Assembly (NCBI GenBank): GCA_963824495.1
Contig: CAWGPQ010000017.1
Span: 32,001-96,000 of the forward strand
Origin: an uncultured bacterium
GTDB lineage: Bacteria > Babelota > Babeliae > Babelales > Babelaceae
DNA length: 64,000 bases
Reading direction: 5' to 3'
Shown here: positions 10,807 to 20,730 of the stretch, piece after piece
Numbering within the stretch: the first letter of the stretch is position 1
How the letters are laid out: the number at the start of each line of letters is the position of its first letter
The notes under the pieces: generated by a model
What the model was told of the DNA's origin: nothing
The model's database searches: none
Seen by the model: the letters and a program-made list of their open reading frames with translations, nothing else
Translations under genes and position numbers: made by a program

Positions 10807-11085
10807 ATGAATAAGTGTGTCAAAATAATTATCACTGTCCGATCAGGAGAGCTTTTTTTGTCTACTATTGTCCAAAAACAAGCGCGTAAGATGCAGCTAG
10901 AAGGCACGGCTCAGCTTATAACACCTACGAGTATAAGAATAATTGTATGTGGCTTGAAAGAAAAAGTTGATGCCTTCGTGGACGCAATTCATAAAGAGCA
11001 AGCAAAATATACGCTTGAGGCTATCGAAGTAGAACCATTTTTCAAAGACAAAGATTACCGCGGAATATTTCGTATTATTGAGTGA
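10807..11085 (+). CDS. Acylphosphatase-fold protein lacking catalytic motifs
   Basis: Size and AxxxxLxG...I.V.G..E.V..F...FRI pattern; SD aaggag before ATG 10807. Confidence 0.6.
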   Translation: MNKCVKIIITVRSGELFLSTIVQKQARKMQLEGTAQLITPTSIRIIVCGLKEKVDAFVDAIHKEQAKYTLEAIEVEPFFKDKDYRGIFRIIE

Positions 11086-11188
11086 AAACTGTGTTAACTC
11101 CATGTAGTATATAAAGCAGGCCAAATTGTAATAAATAGCAAGACAAGATCGATATACCTTATTTTCGTCTTTCTGGTACACTTATACC

Positions 11189-14119
11189 ATGAGTGTTACC
11201 GCAGGAAAGACCGTGGTCAAACAGCTAGTTAGTCATGTTGTTATGCTCATATGGTTAGTATCTATGAGCAATTACAGTCAAGCTCAAGGAGCTATGCAAA
11301 GCATCATAAACCTGACTTGTGATAGTGATATAAGCTTGGGCATCCTTGAACAGCAATTGCCCGAGCAATTTTCGCTTGAACATATAACGTTTTCTGCTGA
11401 TGTATTCATTGATACTCAAGAGCTTGAAAATTTTTTCGTTCGTCAAGCTGGAACACATATAACACAGACTGCTTTTAAACAAGCACTCTGGTATATCAAG
11501 CAAAAGCGCAAATTTGAGCAGGCTATTCTTACGTTCAATCAGACAAGCTCAGGATATATCCTGCATGTAGAGCTTCAAAGCTCCTGGACATTTTTTAAGC
11601 TGTACATTACCGGTATGCTTATTGGTAAAGATCAATATCGGCATTATTATTTGCTTGAATCGGGTGAAGTATTTAATGAGCACAAGCATTACGATGGTAT
11701 CGCTAAGATTAAAGAAGCACTTAGAACTCAGGGATATCATAGCCCCGTTATTATTGATACCCTTCTTTATTATCCTGAAACCAAAAGTATCAGTGTAACA
11801 CTTGCGCTCAATGAGGGTCAGCGATACGTTATCGATGACGTTCTTGTCAAACTTACAGCAACCGAGCCCTTAGGCAGCGAAAATCTTGAATCGTTACAAG
11901 CTCATGTGCGCAGATTTCTCCTGAGTGATCTTAAAGATACTTATTACTCTCAAGATACACTTAACGATGCGGCACGGTCACTCAAGCGATATCTTGCACG
12001 CAAGGGTTTTTTTGATGCATCGATCGCACTTGAAGAGAAAGTTAATGAGCAACAAGCATGTATCAAGCTTATACTTACTATTACGCTTTCGCATAAAAAA
12101 GCATGTGAATTTATCGGTAACCACTTCTTATCTGAAGATCAGCTTCTGGAAGCACTTTTGTCATTTGGTAAAGCTGCTTTTATAATACCGCCTTTTTTGC
12201 TTGCAGAAGAACTAACAAATATGTATAAAAAAAAGGGATTTTGGGATGTACAGGTAGCGTGGCGCGAAGAACCAGAACATTTATTTTTTGTGATTCAAGA
12301 AGGACCACGTGCTTCTGTTGATAAAATAGCTCTTGAGGGAGCTGATACACTTTCTTCCCAACAGCTTATATCCAATTGTTTTAGTGAATTCCTTAAGCTT
12401 GGCTATTTTGATAGCGATGCTCTTAAGCAAGCACTTGATCGGCTTACTCAACAGTACGCAGAGGAAGGCTTCTGGGACATGGCCATTATAAAAAAAGATT
12501 ATACTGCCCCTGATAAACCAAATCGCTATACACTTACCCTAAAAATTGAAGAAGGTCCGCGCCGCTGGTTACGTTCAGTAACCATTGAAGGCTTTGAGCG
12601 GCTTCTTGAAGAGGGTCCCTTTGCACCTTATGCCCATATCTCTACACCAATGCCTTTTAACCTTCACGTAGTACAGGAACAACAACAATGGCTAACGCGT
12701 TATTTTCAACAACAAGGCTATCTTTATATCACGCCTAAGCCTGAGCTTCGCCAAGACGCTACACATACTACTATCCTTACGTGGAAGCTTAATGGCGAAT
12801 ATGAACCTGTACGGTTTGGCAAAACTATTATTGCTGGAAGTAATCGCTTGCAGCCCTATGTAGTACTACGTGAATTACAGTACCATGAAGGCGACATTTG
12901 GGATAAAAATAAACTTGATGCATCAACCAAGCAACTCAAAGCTTTGGGCATATTTGACGCTGTCTCATTATCACCCATTAACATAACGCAGCCTGAACGA
13001 TTTAAAACTCTGCTCTTACAGTTTAGAGAGGACGATCCTTTTGAAATACGAACCCGTATTGGCGCACAAGTTATCAGTAAGAACTTTACGTTCTTAAGTG
13101 GCGCGGGTTATTTACTGGGGGGCTCTTTGCTCTGGAAAAATCCAACACAAACAGCCGATATGCTGGAACTTGACGTTGAATTTGCCCGTCATCGGCGTTA
13201 CATAAGTGCGTGGTATACAATGCCATGGCTTTTTAAGTATCCCATCAGAACAACCATAAGGGGCTATAGCTTCGATTACGAACGACCTATTATTACTGGA
13301 TCAAAGGAGCGTTTATATTCTACCCTGCATGAAGGGATCATGGTCGAATTAGATCGTGAATATTCTCGCGGCATGTGCCAGCTTGCTGTTGGCTTTGAAT
13401 GGAGAAGAATCTCTGGGCTCACTGCAGGATTACTTACTGCTCTTGACATTAATCAGGCACTTGCCGACTTACGCGTTCCTATTTTTTTTATCGAGCCGAC
13501 AATAACGATAAACTATCTGGACAATGCGCTTGACCCTCATAGTGGTTCACTCACGCTTATGTCTGTCAAGGGCATGGTTCCGTTATATACACCAAGCACA
13601 TCTCTTGTTAAGTTCTTAATTGAGCAGTCATTCTTTGCCCCACTCTATTCATCAGTTATTTTCGCTTTTCGCATGCGCTATGGACATATTTTTAATACCC
13701 TCTTTTTGGCTGATATTTTACCATCAGAACGATTCTATCTTGGTGGTTCCACTTCTCTTCGCGGTTACGAGCCAGATTCAGCCCAACCGGTCAACATTTA
13801 CCACGATGGCCAAGGTAAACGACACGAGATAGCTCGTGGAGGGAAATCTATGGCAAATATTAATCTGGAACTACGTTTTCCTATTTATACTACCCTGCCA
13901 GGCTCAATTAATGGAGTTATTTTCACCGACATGGGCATTTTGTCAGATAACATTGCTCACTCTCTTAACACAGAGTCAATCATAGGATCATCAGGCTTTG
14001 GTCTACGCTATAACACAGCACTAGGCCCACTCCGTTTTGATATCGGCTGGAAATGGAAAAAATTCTCTCCCGAAGACTCACGCTTTGGTTGGATCCTGAC
14101 GCTTGGCCATGCGTTTTAA
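11189..14119 (+). CDS. Omp85 family outer-membrane assembly protein (BamA/TamA-like) with multiple POTRA domains
   Basis: Repeated POTRA motifs (Y...GY/GF, I.EG.R), RFYLGG..SLRGY, GPLRFDIG, terminal Phe. Confidence 0.88.
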   Translation: MSVTAGKTVVKQLVSHVVMLIWLVSMSNYSQAQGAMQSIINLTCDSDISLGILEQQLPEQFSLEHITFSADVFIDTQELENFFVRQAGTHITQTAFKQALWYIKQKRKFEQAILTFNQTSSGYILHVELQSSWTFFKLYITGMLIGKDQYRHYYLLESGEVFNEHKHYDGIAKIKEALRTQGYHSPVIIDTLLYYPETKSISVTLALNEGQRYVIDDVLVKLTATEPLGSENLESLQAHVRRFLLSDLKDTYYSQDTLNDAARSLKRYLARKGFFDASIALEEKVNEQQACIKLILTITLSHKKACEFIGNHFLSEDQLLEALLSFGKAAFIIPPFLLAEELTNMYKKKGFWDVQVAWREEPEHLFFVIQEGPRASVDKIALEGADTLSSQQLISNCFSEFLKLGYFDSDALKQALDRLTQQYAEEGFWDMAIIKKDYTAPDKPNRYTLTLKIEEGPRRWLRSVTIEGFERLLEEGPFAPYAHISTPMPFNLHVVQEQQQWLTRYFQQQGYLYITPKPELRQDATHTTILTWKLNGEYEPVRFGKTIIAGSNRLQPYVVLRELQYHEGDIWDKNKLDASTKQLKALGIFDAVSLSPINITQPERFKTLLLQFREDDPFEIRTRIGAQVISKNFTFLSGAGYLLGGSLLWKNPTQTADMLELDVEFARHRRYISAWYTMPWLFKYPIRTTIRGYSFDYERPIITGSKERLYSTLHEGIMVELDREYSRGMCQLAVGFEWRRISGLTAGLLTALDINQALADLRVPIFFIEPTITINYLDNALDPHSGSLTLMSVKGMVPLYTPSTSLVKFLIEQSFFAPLYSSVIFAFRMRYGHIFNTLFLADILPSERFYLGGSTSLRGYEPDSAQPVNIYHDGQGKRHEIARGGKSMANINLELRFPIYTTLPGSINGVIFTDMGILSDNIAHSLNTESIIGSSGFGLRYNTALGPLRFDIGWKWKKFSPEDSRFGWILTLGHAF

Positions 14120-14518
14120 TTTGGAACCACTATTCAGCATTCTCTCTTTCTATTATTCACAGTCAGTATTTGGCATTTGGCTTGGTGCAATTGTAAAGCA
14201 TATCCAACCTGTAGAATGATAACGCATACCGCAAGCATTACGATCAGCAACTTCTTACTAGTCATATCTTATCTTTCGCGTTTTTAAGCCTTATGCACAG
14301 CTAAATCTTAATACTAATTACCTGAATGCTTTTCTCTTGGCTACTGAATTCTAGTTTAGGAACATAGCTAGAGTCAGCACATTTGATAGGGTGTCTATCA
14401 CCAAGAGCCCCTCTGCCGCTGGACAGATTAAGAAAGAATACTTAGACTATTAAGAGAAATTGCTTACCGTATATACTTATTATAAACAATAAAACAAAGA
14501 AAGGATACTAAGAGTTTT

Positions 14519-14731
14519 ATGAACCGAAAAAAGTCAAATATTACTATTAATGTCAACGAAAACGTTGAACGTGCGCTCAGACAGCTTAAGAAGAAAATCG
14601 AACGCGAAGGTGTCGTACGAGACATGAAGCGTCTTGTATATCATGAACCACCAACACAAAAGCGCCGTAAGCGCCTTATGCGGGCAATTAAACAAAATTG
14701 GATCCGCATGGCAGCACACAAGCTTATTTAA
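14519..14731 (+). CDS. rpsU: 30S ribosomal protein S21
   Basis: VERALRQLKKKIEREG...YHEPP..KRRK. Confidence 0.92.
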   Translation: MNRKKSNITINVNENVERALRQLKKKIEREGVVRDMKRLVYHEPPTQKRRKRLMRAIKQNWIRMAAHKLI

Positions 14732-14744
14732 TACGGTCAATACT

Positions 14745-15116
14745 ATGGTAGATTCGCGTGTTAGTAATATCAAGCGAGCACAACAAGAATCCCTTCTTTT
14801 TCGGTCCATATCTGAGCTGTTCACTCAAACAGCTCTCGATGACCCTCGTTTAAGAGATCTTTTTATCAATCGCGTACGACTTACGCCTGATAAGAGTACA
14901 TGTTATGTCTACTTTTATTCTGCTCGGGGTAAAGAATATTTCGAGCAGATGCTGAATATCCTCAAGCTGTATAAGCCTTCATTGCGTAAAGCAATTGCCC
15001 AAAAGCTGCAAAGTCGCCGTGCACCTGACTTCGTTTTTTCATTTGATGATCAATTTGAAAAACAACAAAAAATAGAAGCACTTATTGATAAAGTAAAAGT
15101 AGAGGAACAATCATAG
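14745..15116 (+). CDS. rbfA: Ribosome-binding factor A
   Basis: DPRL...V.LTPDKS...VY...LRKAIA...RRAPDFVFSFD; start at ATG 14745. Confidence 0.9.
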   Translation: MVDSRVSNIKRAQQESLLFRSISELFTQTALDDPRLRDLFINRVRLTPDKSTCYVYFYSARGKEYFEQMLNILKLYKPSLRKAIAQKLQSRRAPDFVFSFDDQFEKQQKIEALIDKVKVEEQS

Positions 15117-15880
15117 GTATACTTATACCCCTTTTTCTTTGTTGGGGTTCATTTTTAAATGTCATTGCATACAGGCTTATCCATGGCTATGACTGGCTTG
15201 CTCAACGCTCCTTTTGTCCAAACTGTAAAAAACTTATTGCGTGGTACGACCTTATTCCTGTTATTTCATGGTTAATGCTTAAGAGACGGTGTCGCTCATG
15301 CAAGCAAGAAATCTCTTGGCTTTACCCGTTTATAGAACTTATTACAGCTCTTGTGTTTTCAGGGTTATATTACCTGATTAATCCCCATTATTGGCTAGCA
15401 TATGGTATATTTTTTTCAGCGCTTATCATTGTCATACGTACTGATCTTGAAACCATGTTTATTTTACGCTCAACTACGCTCGGTATTATACCCTTGGGGA
15501 TTATAGCAAGCATAGTAGGATGGCTACCTCTTACGCCACAAGCAAGTATACTTGGTACCGTATTCGGCTATGCTCTCCTTTGGATTGTGCGTAAAGTTTT
15601 TTGGCACGTACGTCAGCTAGAGGGACTTGGTCAGGGCGACTTAGAGCTCCTTGCCGCTATTGGAGCTTTTACTGGACCCTTAGGATGCTGGAGCTCTTTA
15701 GTAATAGGATCACTTGGTGGATCAGTAACAGCATTAGCTTTACTACTCATGAGCAAGCAGCCCCCAGGTTTTAGTCATATTGGTCATACTCGCCTACCTT
15801 TTGGTCCCTTCTTGGCCCTCGGCGCACTAGCATTTGTATTTTTTTCATCAAGAATAACATCACTTCTATTGGGACTTTAG
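15113..15880 (+). CDS. pilD: Prepilin peptidase (A24), apparently with a non-canonical ATA start
   Basis: In-frame upstream extension encodes WGSFLNV, RSFCPNC, WYDLIP; downstream RCRSC, TDL, GQGD, PFGPFL. Confidence 0.88.
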   Translation: MGILIPLFLCWGSFLNVIAYRLIHGYDWLAQRSFCPNCKKLIAWYDLIPVISWLMLKRRCRSCKQEISWLYPFIELITALVFSGLYYLINPHYWLAYGIFFSALIIVIRTDLETMFILRSTTLGIIPLGIIASIVGWLPLTPQASILGTVFGYALLWIVRKVFWHVRQLEGLGQGDLELLAAIGAFTGPLGCWSSLVIGSLGGSVTALALLLMSKQPPGFSHIGHTRLPFGPFLALGALAFVFFSSRITSLLLGL

Positions 15881-15889
15881 CTTTACGAA

Positions 15890-16306
15890 CTATCCCTGTA
15901 CCGGGGGAAAACCAAATCTGTCCGATAACGCATGAAGGGTTTGATCAAATCGAGCTTGTAATTCTGGTGAAGACAATTGACCCCTACGCTGCGCGCGAAT
16001 TACCGCCAAGTTATTATAAAGTTGTCGTGCCTGTGACCGATATCGTTCACGTGCTATAGGCGAGCTTTCGGTTGCCCTTAAGAGCGCAGCACTTTGTGCA
16101 AGCAAACGCTCAATAGTGCCTAGCCCAGCATTGAGGCCACGATGACGGGGATAGCGATGACCCTCAAGTAAGAATTGGGCTGTCGATTTCGGTCGCACGC
16201 TGCTTGTAGGAATCCGTTCAGCTTGGGACGTAAATTGACCCTGAAGTATTGCTGCTATCATTACCTCACCAAGTACTACAAGAGCAATCGTATTGCGTAC
16301 CTTCAT
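15890..16306 (-). CDS. Hypothetical secreted basic protein
   Basis: SD gaggt, N-terminal hydrophobic signal. Confidence 0.6.
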   Translation of the reverse strand: MKVRNTIALVVLGEVMIAAILQGQFTSQAERIPTSSVRPKSTAQFLLEGHRYPRHRGLNAGLGTIERLLAQSAALLRATESSPIARERYRSQARQLYNNLAVIRAQRRGQLSSPELQARFDQTLHALSDRFGFPPVQG

Positions 16307-16321
16307 ATGTTACTACCTCTG

Positions 16322-16654
16322 TTACTGAACCTCAAAATCCCTCTTGAGATCATCGAGTGCTTGGTTAAATTCCTGATTAAGTTCGTGCGAAAGACATGCG
16401 CATTGACCAGCTAAACGAATAGCCATAAGACGGTTATAGATCCCCTGAGCTTGTCTGCTGTCGTGCTCATAAAAGGCTCTGTCTTTTTGATCAAGCAGAT
16501 TACGAACATGTGATTCAAGCTGTGCTATGCCCTGCTGACCAAGCCCGGTGCATTGAGGTGGCAGATCATGCGTATTTTCATGACATACTGCTACCCCTGT
16601 AGACAGCAATCCCATTAATGTAATGCCCATAGTGTAGTTGTAGTTCATACTCAT
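16322..16654 (-). CDS. Hypothetical secreted protein
   Basis: SD aaggag before Met at 16654; signal-like N-terminus; helical body. Confidence 0.6.
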   Translation of the reverse strand: MSMNYNYTMGITLMGLLSTGVAVCHENTHDLPPQCTGLGQQGIAQLESHVRNLLDQKDRAFYEHDSRQAQGIYNRLMAIRLAGQCACLSHELNQEFNQALDDLKRDFEVQ

Positions 16655-16813
16655 TTCTCCTTGTAAAAAGAATAAAACTATGTAATTACGCATTATTATA
16701 TAGTATAGCGAATGCGAAAATCAAATAGCAATATTTTATTTACAAAAGGAAAAAATCGTGAATACATAAGAGCCTTGATTTAAACTATCGGAACATACTA
16801 CCTGCGGGAGTTT

Positions 16814-17311
16814 TTAGACAAGATCGTCGGTGACAATCTTAATTGTACCTGTTTGATCTATGGTCAGCACATCAGCTGTCCCATCGCCATCAATATCACC
16901 TGCAGCAGCAATCGTAAATCCATCACTACGTATTTGCGCGGTATGTAAGGCAGACCCAGGTGTTTTCAGTTGGCCAACAATGTAATTACGGCCTTCGCTA
17001 CCACTAAACCCATACGTATAGTTAAGAGATCCTTCAGGTCGCCAGCCTAATCCATCAGGACCTAAAAGGCTTGTGTAAACACCATGCTCAACCCAGTATA
17101 CTTTTTCTGCTGTATAGAGAGCACGAAGATTAATATATGCTTCTGTCCGTTTAGCCTTTGCAAGAAATCGTACAAAGCTGGGAATCGATACCATTGACAA
17201 TACTGCAACAATTGCCAGAACAATCATAAGCTCGATAAGGCTGAAGCCTTGAGCATTCTTTTTCAGAGTGTCTCTATTCGGCAGCACTTCTCGAGCTTCC
17301 CCTACCCCCAT
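16814..17311 (-). CDS. Type IV pilin / pseudopilin
   Basis: G|FSLIELMIVLAIVAVL N-methylation motif, KAKRTEA, C-terminal GDIDGDG. Confidence 0.9.
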   Translation of the reverse strand: MGVGEAREVLPNRDTLKKNAQGFSLIELMIVLAIVAVLSMVSIPSFVRFLAKAKRTEAYINLRALYTAEKVYWVEHGVYTSLLGPDGLGWRPEGSLNYTYGFSGSEGRNYIVGQLKTPGSALHTAQIRSDGFTIAAAGDIDGDGTADVLTIDQTGTIKIVTDDLV

Positions 17312-17368
17312 ACCCCTCTCCTTTTTTGTTTATAGTGTAATGAACGTAGAGATACAAGCGTCAAGAGT

Positions 17369-18028
17369 TTAGTCAAAAGATGTACCCCAAAGCCTTTCAA
17401 GCTCGCGCACTGGATAAGCACCCTGTCGCATAACTCGAGGCACAGCCCCTGTTAGATCGAGAACTGTTGATGGTAAGCCTATCAATGGGCGGTTCTCTGG
17501 ATTTTCCTCAAGATTTTTCTCAGAATCAAGAATAACGTAGGAAACTTGGGCAAGAAGACTTTTGTCAATATCAAGCAACGATGTCGGTGTCGGTTGGCCT
17601 GCTCTATTGGCACTTGTTGAAAAAAGTCCTGGTAATTGTGCCAAAATTGCTTGTAGTCCCGTATGATCAGGAACCCGCACAGCGATAGTATGATCGGGTG
17701 ATAGTAAAAAAGGAGGAAGTAACCGACAAGCCCTAAGAATAACTGTTACTGGCCCAGGCCAACAACGGGCAAGAAAGCCATAACGTGGATCAGTAGGGCA
17801 AAGCTCGGCAATAGAGGGTAGACGCGCAACATCATCAATAAGTATAATATATGGTTTATCAAAACGGTGCTTAAGTGCATTAAGTTTTAAGAAGCTCGGA
17901 CGGGAAACTGAGCCAAGCAAACCCAAAACAGTATCCGTGCTACTTATAACCAATTCATCATGCCGTAATGAGCGTAATACTAATTCTCGATGAAAATTAT
18001 TCAGCCAACTTAAACAATTAGTTTTCAT
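17369..18028 (-). CDS. tsaC: Threonylcarbamoyl-AMP synthase (Sua5/YrdC)
   Basis: TDTVLGL, K.R..KP, WPGPVT, AVRVP, STSAN, PSTVLD, RQGA. Confidence 0.88.
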   Translation of the reverse strand: MKTNCLSWLNNFHRELVLRSLRHDELVISSTDTVLGLLGSVSRPSFLKLNALKHRFDKPYIILIDDVARLPSIAELCPTDPRYGFLARCWPGPVTVILRACRLLPPFLLSPDHTIAVRVPDHTGLQAILAQLPGLFSTSANRAGQPTPTSLLDIDKSLLAQVSYVILDSEKNLEENPENRPLIGLPSTVLDLTGAVPRVMRQGAYPVRELERLWGTSFD

Positions 18029-18195
18029 TTTTTAATCTTTTGTAAATTTAATAAGGCATACATCAATCAACAATTCATAGTTTGACATTTTTAAAAATAG
18101 CGTTAAATTAAATTTAAGCAAGTTATAGTGAATATTCAACGTAAGAGTTACTGTGCGTAAAAATACTCGCGTAAAAATGTTAATGGAGAATAATT

Positions 18196-19620
18196 ATGAT
18201 GGATATAGGCAAACAAGGGTCGACTACTAAAGCTGGAGCAGCCTTAGGCAAGCAAAGAAATTACAATGAGCTTGTTGACTATTTCGATAAACAGTGGTCA
18301 TTGCAAAACACCATGTCGCTTGATCGCATGAAAAAACTCGATCAAGCATTTGGATCACTTTCACAAAAGACTAATGCAATTTTAGTTGCTGGAACCAACG
18401 GTAAAAGCCTCACGGTTCATTTTACCACTAAGCTTCTTAAAGAAGAAGGATTTAAAGTTGGTGCATTTTATGCCCCCCACATCTTAACCTACAATGAACG
18501 CTTTACAGTTAATCATGAGATGATTTCAAATAAAGCATTTACTGAAATCGGCAATGATGTTATCAATATGGCCGAAAGCCTTGGGCTTACTGCACATGCC
18601 CAAGAGCTATTAACCATGATTGCGCTTCTATATTTTTCCAGCCAGAATGTGGATATAGCCGTACTAGAAGTTAATGAAGGCGGACTTCATAATCCAGTAA
18701 ATATTTGCCAAGCTAAAGTGGTAACTATTACGCGTGTAACATCGCCTGATGTTGCCTCCGATGAATCTCGTATTCAAGCGATGACGCGTGAAATTATGGG
18801 AATCGTTAAAAAGGGTACCCATATTGTTTCAGGTGACCAAAGCAAAAATAACCTCCAGCTTATGCAAGATATGACTGAACAACAAGGGGGAACCTGGGCA
18901 ATGCCAATACGCAAACTTGCTCCTTTAGGGTACCCTTATGAACAGTTATGGGGACGATGCGCAGCGCTTGCCGAGCGTGCTTCACAGCTCTATGTAGAAA
19001 ACTTTATAACCAAAGATGCGACGGTCTTAACCGATAGCCTACTTACCAAGCAAAAAGGCCAACGAGGACGCCCTACCATCGAAGCAAAACGCAAGTCAGA
19101 ACTCTACCCCAAAAAGACTATAGAGCAATACTGGAAAGAGACCCTCAGCGAATTACCAGGTCGTTTCCAATTGCTTGATAAAGAAAAACCAAGTATCCTT
19201 CTGGATAATGCTCATAATATTGACGCATTCAAGAATTTGCTCTTGGGTATCAGATTGCTTCATTATCAACGCCCCCTTAAGGGACTTACGATTATTGTCA
19301 GTGCTGCTCGCTCGACCATTCATAGCGAAGAATTTTTAAAATTGGTTCGTTATTTCTTCAAGAAGACATCGGGCCAGCTCTTTCTTTGTCCCCTTGAAAA
19401 TAGTTTGCCCGGTGTTAAAGAAGAAACATCATGGAGCGTTGAACAGGTCACTAATGATGTCAAGAGCATGAAAATTAAAGCACGTGCTTGCAAGAACTTT
19501 GAAGAAGCATTTGATCTTGCTAAAAAGTCGGTTGATGAACGTTACGGTCTGGTAGTTATTACTGGTTCACAATCTATAATTAATCAGTACTGGCGCCATA
19601 AAGGCATCAAGAAATTTTAA
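18196..19620 (+). CDS. FolC/Mur-ligase family protein, divergent
   Basis: AGTNGKS, PHI..YNERF, LEV..GG, PGRF, LDNAHN, ITGS. Confidence 0.8.
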   Translation: MMDIGKQGSTTKAGAALGKQRNYNELVDYFDKQWSLQNTMSLDRMKKLDQAFGSLSQKTNAILVAGTNGKSLTVHFTTKLLKEEGFKVGAFYAPHILTYNERFTVNHEMISNKAFTEIGNDVINMAESLGLTAHAQELLTMIALLYFSSQNVDIAVLEVNEGGLHNPVNICQAKVVTITRVTSPDVASDESRIQAMTREIMGIVKKGTHIVSGDQSKNNLQLMQDMTEQQGGTWAMPIRKLAPLGYPYEQLWGRCAALAERASQLYVENFITKDATVLTDSLLTKQKGQRGRPTIEAKRKSELYPKKTIEQYWKETLSELPGRFQLLDKEKPSILLDNAHNIDAFKNLLLGIRLLHYQRPLKGLTIIVSAARSTIHSEEFLKLVRYFFKKTSGQLFLCPLENSLPGVKEETSWSVEQVTNDVKSMKIKARACKNFEEAFDLAKKSVDERYGLVVITGSQSIINQYWRHKGIKKF

Positions 19621-19645
19621 GTAACAGTATACCAGCACTAATACT

Positions 19646-19668
19646 AGGGGCCTCCGGGCCCCTTCTTC
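19646..19668 (+). terminator. Rho-independent terminator-like hairpin
   Basis: aggggcc-tccg-ggcccct followed by a short pyrimidine tract. Confidence 0.5.
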
Positions 19669-19697
19669 GTCAAATACTTTTAGGCCACGGTGACATC

Positions 19698-19964
19698 ATG
19701 AGCACGAGCACGAGTATATTGATCCTTGTACAAGCCTGTATTGCTGGAGCTCTTTATGGGTATTCACTACGCAGAACTTCACATAGATCACCTGGGATTC
19801 AAGCATTGCTTATCACTGTGCGGGTGCTCATAGCAGGCATATTCTTTTATTATATTTTTTATTATATATTGCACTCAAGTCCAAACAGCTCTATAATCAG
19901 TTGTATATTAGTATTTATTGTCAGCATGTGGTATATGATAATTAGGAACTATAGGGAACTATAG
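19698..19964 (+). CDS. Small membrane protein, probable ATP synthase protein I
   Basis: Three hydrophobic segments immediately upstream of atpB. Confidence 0.5.
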   Translation: MSTSTSILILVQACIAGALYGYSLRRTSHRSPGIQALLITVRVLIAGIFFYYIFYYILHSSPNSSIISCILVFIVSMWYMIIRNYREL

Positions 19965-19983
19965 AGAAGAATAAGGATCAGCA

Positions 19984-20730
19984 ATGGCTCCTAAAGGCCT
20001 TAATCTCTTTGAACATCATCTATGGAAACCGCTGGCAGCACTCGGGTTGACAAATCCTGCCTTTGAACTTAACAGCGATACTCTTATCAATACCTGGATA
20101 GCATTAGGCATTATCGCCCTCGTAGCAATCACAGGCCGCATGAGCTTGCGTAATCCCTATAGTATACAAGGCTATTTAGCTGAAAGCTTTATCAGGTCAT
20201 TTATGAACATGATTTATCAATCACTTGATCGCTTTGTATATCGTTACTTTGCTTTCATTACGGCTCTTTTCACTTTTATTCTCACGTGTAACCTTCTCGT
20301 ACTTATACCAGGGCTAGAAGAGCCAACAAAAGACCTCAATACAACACTTGCACTAGGCATTATCTCGTTTCTCTATGCTCAAAAAGAGGGTATAAAAGCG
20401 CATGGTCTGCGTGAGTATGTAAAAGAATATTTCAAGCCATTTTTTGTGCTTTTCCCGCTTGAAGTACTGGGAAGACTTGCAACCGTTATTTCACTGTCAT
20501 TTCGTTTGTTTGGCAATATCTTTGGTGGTGCTATTATTAACTCGCTCTGGCAACAAGCAGTATCAGGTTCAATTCTTTGGCATCTCATAGGTACATTTTT
20601 AGGTATCAATCTGACCATTATGCTCTTCTTTGGAATTTTTGAAGGGTTTATTCAAGCATTTGTATTCTCAATTTTAAGTCTTACATACTTAACACTTGCC
20701 GTGCAGAAGGAAGAAGGACTTCACGTATGA
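19984..20730 (+). CDS. atpB: F0 ATP synthase subunit a
   Basis: PTKDLNTT, SLSFRLFGNIFGG (essential Arg), IQAFVF. Confidence 0.95.
   Translation: MAPKGLNLFEHHLWKPLAALGLTNPAFELNSDTLINTWIALGIIALVAITGRMSLRNPYSIQGYLAESFIRSFMNMIYQSLDRFVYRYFAFITALFTFILTCNLLVLIPGLEEPTKDLNTTLALGIISFLYAQKEGIKAHGLREYVKEYFKPFFVLFPLEVLGRLATVISLSFRLFGNIFGGAIINSLWQQAVSGSILWHLIGTFLGINLTIMLFFGIFEGFIQAFVFSILSLTYLTLAVQKEEGLHV

Noticed and set aside
19942..19964. Short duplication ggaactatag x2 at the end of the atpI-like gene
   Set aside because: Only two copies of 10 nt; no evident consequence
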